From contig CAWAWS010000039.1 of the NCBI GenBank assembly GCA_963785725.1, positions 1 to 64,000 of the forward strand: 64,000 bases of DNA. Direction: 5' to 3'. Below are positions 60,686 through 64,000 of this stretch, one piece after another. The position numbers and the translations under genes were made by a program. Every line of letters begins with the position of its first letter. The stretch's first letter is position 1. Origin of the DNA: an uncultured delta proteobacterium (GTDB taxonomy: Bacteria > Myxococcota_A > Polyangia > Palsa-1104). The notes beneath the pieces were generated by a model, which saw nothing but the letters and a program-made list of their open reading frames with translations, had not been told where the DNA came from and did no database searches.

Positions 60686-61057
60686 TCAGCGGCGAGCGAG
60701 CCGACGGCCGCTTTCCGTGCTGATCGGCGTGTAGTTCATCTCAAAGTGGTGATAGAGCTTTGATTCGTCGGCTTGCGAGAGTTCCTCGCCATGCATCTCG
60801 ATGTGGGGCGCAGACTTAACCTGCTCCTTCGTTACCGCGACCTGCAGGTCATCGGGACCGATCTGGATGTTGCCCAAAGGAACGAAGGCCAGGTGTCGGT
60901 CGAGAAAGCCCTCTTTGACAGTCGCAAACATCGGCTCGTCGGTCTCGACGTCAACGTAGACATCTTGCAGCTTTCCGATTTTCCCGCCGTTACGATCGAT
61001 CAGCATTTTGCCGTGCCATTCGGCCACATTCCATTGGGCTTCCTGATCGTCAGTCAT
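60686..61057 (-). CDS. PRC-barrel domain protein
   Basis: GKIGKLQDVYVD, FVPL, KEQVKSAP, LYHHF. Confidence 0.88.
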   Translation of the reverse strand: MTDDQEAQWNVAEWHGKMLIDRNGGKIGKLQDVYVDVETDEPMFATVKEGFLDRHLAFVPLGNIQIGPDDLQVAVTKEQVKSAPHIEMHGEELSQADESKLYHHFEMNYTPISTESGRRLARR

Positions 61058-61120
61058 AACAGCCTCCTCATCGTCTCTAAACACAGCCTACCGAGCGCAC
61101 TGTGTGCACATAGCAAAAAA

Positions 61121-61198
61121 AGCCCAGTGGAATCGGCTTGAAGTGCCGATCAGCCACCCTTGGCGACGCACCCCCTCCCGGCGTGCTGGGACACCCCC
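61121..61198 (+). repeat. cassette-boundary hairpin
   Basis: AGCCCAGT...AAGTGCCG...CCCGGCGTGCTGGGACACCCCC. Confidence 0.75.
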
Positions 61199-61347
61199 GA
61201 AGGCAGCCGTCGTCGTGGCATTGTTATGCGGTGCTGGACTATTCGGGCGGCAGTCCGAAACGCATCGACATTGGTTTCATTCCGGCACCATCGGGTCCTC
61301 AGATGCACTTCTGGTAGGACGAGGAGGAGCACAGCTGCTTCATCATC

Positions 61348-61782
61348 ATGACCGAGTATGCCCCGGACATGGAGTCCCCAGATCGGGTTGAAACCGAGGC
61401 CCTGATCAGTGGAGTGGGCTGCGTTCAGAGCGTCTTCGGCTATCCGAACGAAGAGGCCTTCTGGAAGGACCCGAGAGGTGACTTCCGCCATGGTTGCTTT
61501 GAAATCGACGGATCAAAGTGGCATGAGAACATCGACGCCTACAACCTCAGATCGTTTGGGAACCACTATTGGCGTGACAACAGTCCTGCGCTGCATCACT
61601 ACTTCGTCGGATCCAAGGATGCCTCGTGTCAGTTCCTGGCAAGGAGTCTGGAGGTCGAACTCTTCCCAGGAAGGTCTCGCGGAGACATCATTCGGACCGT
61701 CTACGGACGACAGCGTGAGCAGTTCACAGAAACCCTGAGACGCATCAGAGAGATGCAACAGCACTCGCAGCCGAGCGAGTGA
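61348..61782 (+). CDS. hypothetical protein (start may be further upstream)
   Basis: FGYPNEEA...CFEIDGSKW...LHHYFVGSKD...FLA; plausible coding pattern. Confidence 0.6.
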   Translation: MTEYAPDMESPDRVETEALISGVGCVQSVFGYPNEEAFWKDPRGDFRHGCFEIDGSKWHENIDAYNLRSFGNHYWRDNSPALHHYFVGSKDASCQFLARSLEVELFPGRSRGDIIRTVYGRQREQFTETLRRIREMQQHSQPSE

Positions 61783-61788
61783 CCTCGT

Positions 61789-61807
61789 CCCGGTGAACTG
61801 GGGCACC
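61789..61807 (+). repeat. cassette-boundary element (right arm)
   Basis: CCCGGTGAACTGGGGCACC, 6 nt after a stop codon. Confidence 0.7.
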
Positions 61808-61908
61808 TCGGAGGTCGGTGAACAGCTCGACATTCAGAGCCAACCTAGGGGTATGGTCCCGCTTGGCAGTGGGGATTGGCCGAGCACAACGTACGGAGGT
61901 GGTGCCCA

Positions 61909-62184
61909 ATGGCACTTGGAATCTATTTCGCACACGAAGGCTTCACACCGGAGAAGTACGGCAGTGCAATCGAGCAGCTGGAGGCCGCCGGTGCGGGCAA
62001 GCCGAAGGGGCGTACTTACCACTGCGCGCTCGAATCGGACGGTGCAATCCAGGTCTTCGACATCTGGGAGTCCCAGGCGGACTTCGATGCTTTCGGGCCG
62101 ACGCTGATGCCGATCCTCACCGAGTTGGGAGTCGGACTAAAGGAGCCGATGGTCGCCACTGTTCACAACGTGATAACCGGCTGA
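61909..62184 (+). CDS. small ABM-like protein
   Basis: GRTYH...DIWESQADFDAF...VHNV; RBS GGAGG. Confidence 0.75.
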   Translation: MALGIYFAHEGFTPEKYGSAIEQLEAAGAGKPKGRTYHCALESDGAIQVFDIWESQADFDAFGPTLMPILTELGVGLKEPMVATVHNVITG

Positions 62185-62218
62185 GTCTTCGCAACTGAGT
62201 AGTCAGTCGGCGGATTGG

Positions 62219-62266
62219 TTCATTGGTCGCCACCCCCGAGCCGGCGGCGGTGAATGGGGGCACCCC
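62219..62266 (+). repeat. cassette-boundary hairpin
   Basis: CATTGGTCGCC...CCGGCGGCGGTGAATGGGGGCACCCC, abutting the next stop codon. Confidence 0.65.
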
Positions 62267-62664
62267 TACTTCGTCAGTTCCCGCACCTCCGGCACGGTCG
62301 TGACTACGAGGTCCACCAGCTCCCAGAGAGAGGGCAGGTCGGGTTGGTCCAACGCCTGCGCTCTCGTTAGACGCTGGCCGTAGTAATCCGCCTCGCCCTT
62401 TCCTGCCACCAGAGCATCCACAAGTCCCGCTCCCTCGCTGTTGATACGGCAGGAAAAAGTGACGTGGTCGGCAAACGGTTCCTCCCATGAACCAAAGGTG
62501 GCATCCAGCCAGACTTCGTCCTTCGGGTGGCCATGACACACGGCACTTACGACCGAATAGGCGTCCCCACTCTGAGTGGCGAAGACGACCACCCGCTTGT
62601 AGTTGCGACCGCATTCCGCACACGCCTCGTCCTGGACCTGGCGATCACTGAGGTCGATGGACAT
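62266..62664 (-). CDS. hypothetical protein (CxxC)
   Basis: ~132-aa ORF, CAECG, GSWEE, DHVTFSCR. Confidence 0.55.
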   Translation of the reverse strand: MSIDLSDRQVQDEACAECGRNYKRVVVFATQSGDAYSVVSAVCHGHPKDEVWLDATFGSWEEPFADHVTFSCRINSEGAGLVDALVAGKGEADYYGQRLTRAQALDQPDLPSLWELVDLVVTTVPEVRELTK

Positions 62665-62711
62665 CACAGCAACTGTATTTCGGAATGTCTGTCGACCCTT
62701 GTGGCCGATGG

Positions 62712-62888
62712 CTAATCCTCTGGCTCCACCAGCGCCAAGGCATCACTCACCGCCCGTGTCGCTCTGTCCCACGAACGCCGCGCTCCCGCTACGTCTTCGT
62801 TCTCGCCGGGCAGTCGGCCCTCTAACTCGATGAGGGCGCCCTGGGCGTCGATCAGGAGGTCAGCAAGGCGCTGCTGCTGCTGAGTCAT
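62712..62888 (-). CDS. small helical hypothetical protein, 58 aa (below ORF-track cutoff)
   Basis: MTQQQRLADLLIDAQGALIELEGRLPGENEDVAGARRSWDRATRAVSDALALVEPED. Confidence 0.45.
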   Translation of the reverse strand: MTQQQQRLADLLIDAQGALIELEGRLPGENEDVAGARRSWDRATRAVSDALALVEPED

Positions 62889-63003
62889 GGACCGATGGTA
62901 CGCCTTCGTACGTCTCGTTGATGTCGGTGCTTCACCGTCTCAGTCGAGCCGACAGGTCCCACACCCGGCGAACGAGGATGCACTGTGTGCGATGCTCTGA
63001 CTC

Positions 63004-63681
63004 GTGCGACGTGCTGTCCCGTACCTGCTGCTGGGATTGTTGACGCTCCTAGTCGCAGCGGCGGTCGGAATCGGCTTGCGGGACCAGCCGAACGCGACCA
63101 ACGGCGCCGCTACGAATGGTGTCGGAGACGCAGCGGCATCGCCAATCACAAATCCAACTCCGCTCACCATTCCGACCACAACGACCGTGCCCCCGGGCGC
63201 TGTCGTGTCATCGACGAATATTGCACCCTGTCGGAGCGCAGCCGTCCAGATCACCACTCCTGTGCATTTCGGAGCGGCAGGAACGCAAGTCTTATATCTA
63301 CAGCTCGTAAACGTGGGCAGTATTCCCTGTTCGCTTGAGGGATATCCCAAGGTGTTTGGCTTGAACTCGGCTGGTCTGCCGGTCGCGCAGGCTGTTGAGC
63401 ACGACTTGGGTATTGCGTGGGACTCTAAGTACCCTCAACCACCCATTGTCGTACTTGCTCCGGGCGAGGCGGCACATGCGACGGTGTTCGGGAACGACTA
63501 CGACTTCTACGGCGGCGTGGACGGTGCTGCGAACTGTCCGTCTTACCTAGCCTTATCGGTCACGCTTCCCGGCGATGACGTGGCAAAAGTCATCTCGATG
63601 ACCAACTACGGCGGCAGCCCGGGGTTTCCCAGCTGCGGAGGTGAATTCAGCGTCAACTTCGTCAGGCCATTCACGCAGTGA
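63004..63681 (+). CDS. secreted DUF4232-domain protein
   Basis: TM + Thr-rich linker, GAAG...LVNVGSIPCSLEGYP, VVLAPGEAA. Confidence 0.85.
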   Translation: MRRAVPYLLLGLLTLLVAAAVGIGLRDQPNATNGAATNGVGDAAASPITNPTPLTIPTTTTVPPGAVVSSTNIAPCRSAAVQITTPVHFGAAGTQVLYLQLVNVGSIPCSLEGYPKVFGLNSAGLPVAQAVEHDLGIAWDSKYPQPPIVVLAPGEAAHATVFGNDYDFYGGVDGAANCPSYLALSVTLPGDDVAKVISMTNYGGSPGFPSCGGEFSVNFVRPFTQ

Positions 63682-63704
63682 GGAGGACGGCCAACCGCCG
63701 CTCC

Positions 63705-63739
63705 GGTAACCGCCCCGTCCCCGCGACTGGGATACCCCC
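63705..63739 (+). repeat. cassette-boundary hairpin
   Basis: GGTAACC...CCCCGCGACTGGGATACCCCC. Confidence 0.65.
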
Positions 63740-63765
63740 GAGGCAGTAGTGGCACACTTGCGGAC

Positions 63766-64000
63766 ATGGTCCAAATGATCTCCGGAACGCACCTGCTCGA
63801 CCCCTCCGTGATCGCTGAGCCGTACGGGTTCTACGAGGAGCTGCGATCCGAAGCGCCAGTCTGGGAAGTACCCGGCGCTGGGATCTTCACGGTGGCCACA
63901 TACCAGCTCCTCGCTGAAGCCGCTGCCCGAGTGGAGGACTTTTCGTCCAATCTGAACTGCCTCTTGTACAAAGACGCCCAGGGAATGCCCTGTCGGTTCT
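63766..64000 (+). CDS. cytochrome P450, 3'-partial
   Basis: LLDPSVIAEPYGFYEELRSEAPVW...EDFSS N-terminal signature. Confidence 0.75.
   Translation, partial: MVQMISGTHLLDPSVIAEPYGFYEELRSEAPVWEVPGAGIFTVATYQLLAEAAARVEDFSSNLNCLLYKDAQGMPCRF

Noticed and set aside
62764..62813. Boundary-like hairpin CTGTCCCACGAACGCCG...CCGGGCAG
   Set aside because: It lies inside a plausible 58-aa ORF; not counted as a site.
33156..63739. Canonical integron attC sites, CRISPR repeats or intrinsic terminators
   Set aside because: No RYYYAAC/GTTRRRY boxes, no identical repeats with short spacers, no intI or cas genes. The hairpins lack U-tails and also lie between divergent genes. A REP-like origin cannot be excluded.

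Overview
High-GC actinobacterial DNA, most likely Acidimicrobiia (GYWLVASDGG-repeat secreted proteins, WhiB, GAP family, F420-dependent PPOX). Frequent single-base frameshifts, even in gltB and pgi, point to long-read indel errors. The window has three zones. (1) 1-13.4 kb is accessory: cyclases, toxin-antitoxin genes, a tRNA-Pro 3' fragment with arm-like repeats, a complete IS481 with a 14-bp target duplication inside an ECF41 sigma gene, a PilZ pair and whiB. (2) 13.7-32.4 kb is visibly more GC-rich core: pspA, corA, thiOS, gltBD, pgi. (3) 32.5-64 kb is a run of unrelated single genes in mixed orientation. Main observation: zone 3 (and 1-4.6 kb) is punctuated by more than 20 copies of a degenerate ~45-65 bp bulged hairpin. 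By eye the consensus is (G)TRYCCC(A)-N2-4-GYGCC...CCCGGCG-N2-5-(T)GGGRYAC(CCC). There is roughly one copy per gene junction, they are co-oriented, often flush with start or stop codons, and I did not see them in the core. This resembles an integron-like gene-cassette array with non-canonical sites. No recombinase for it lies in the window.
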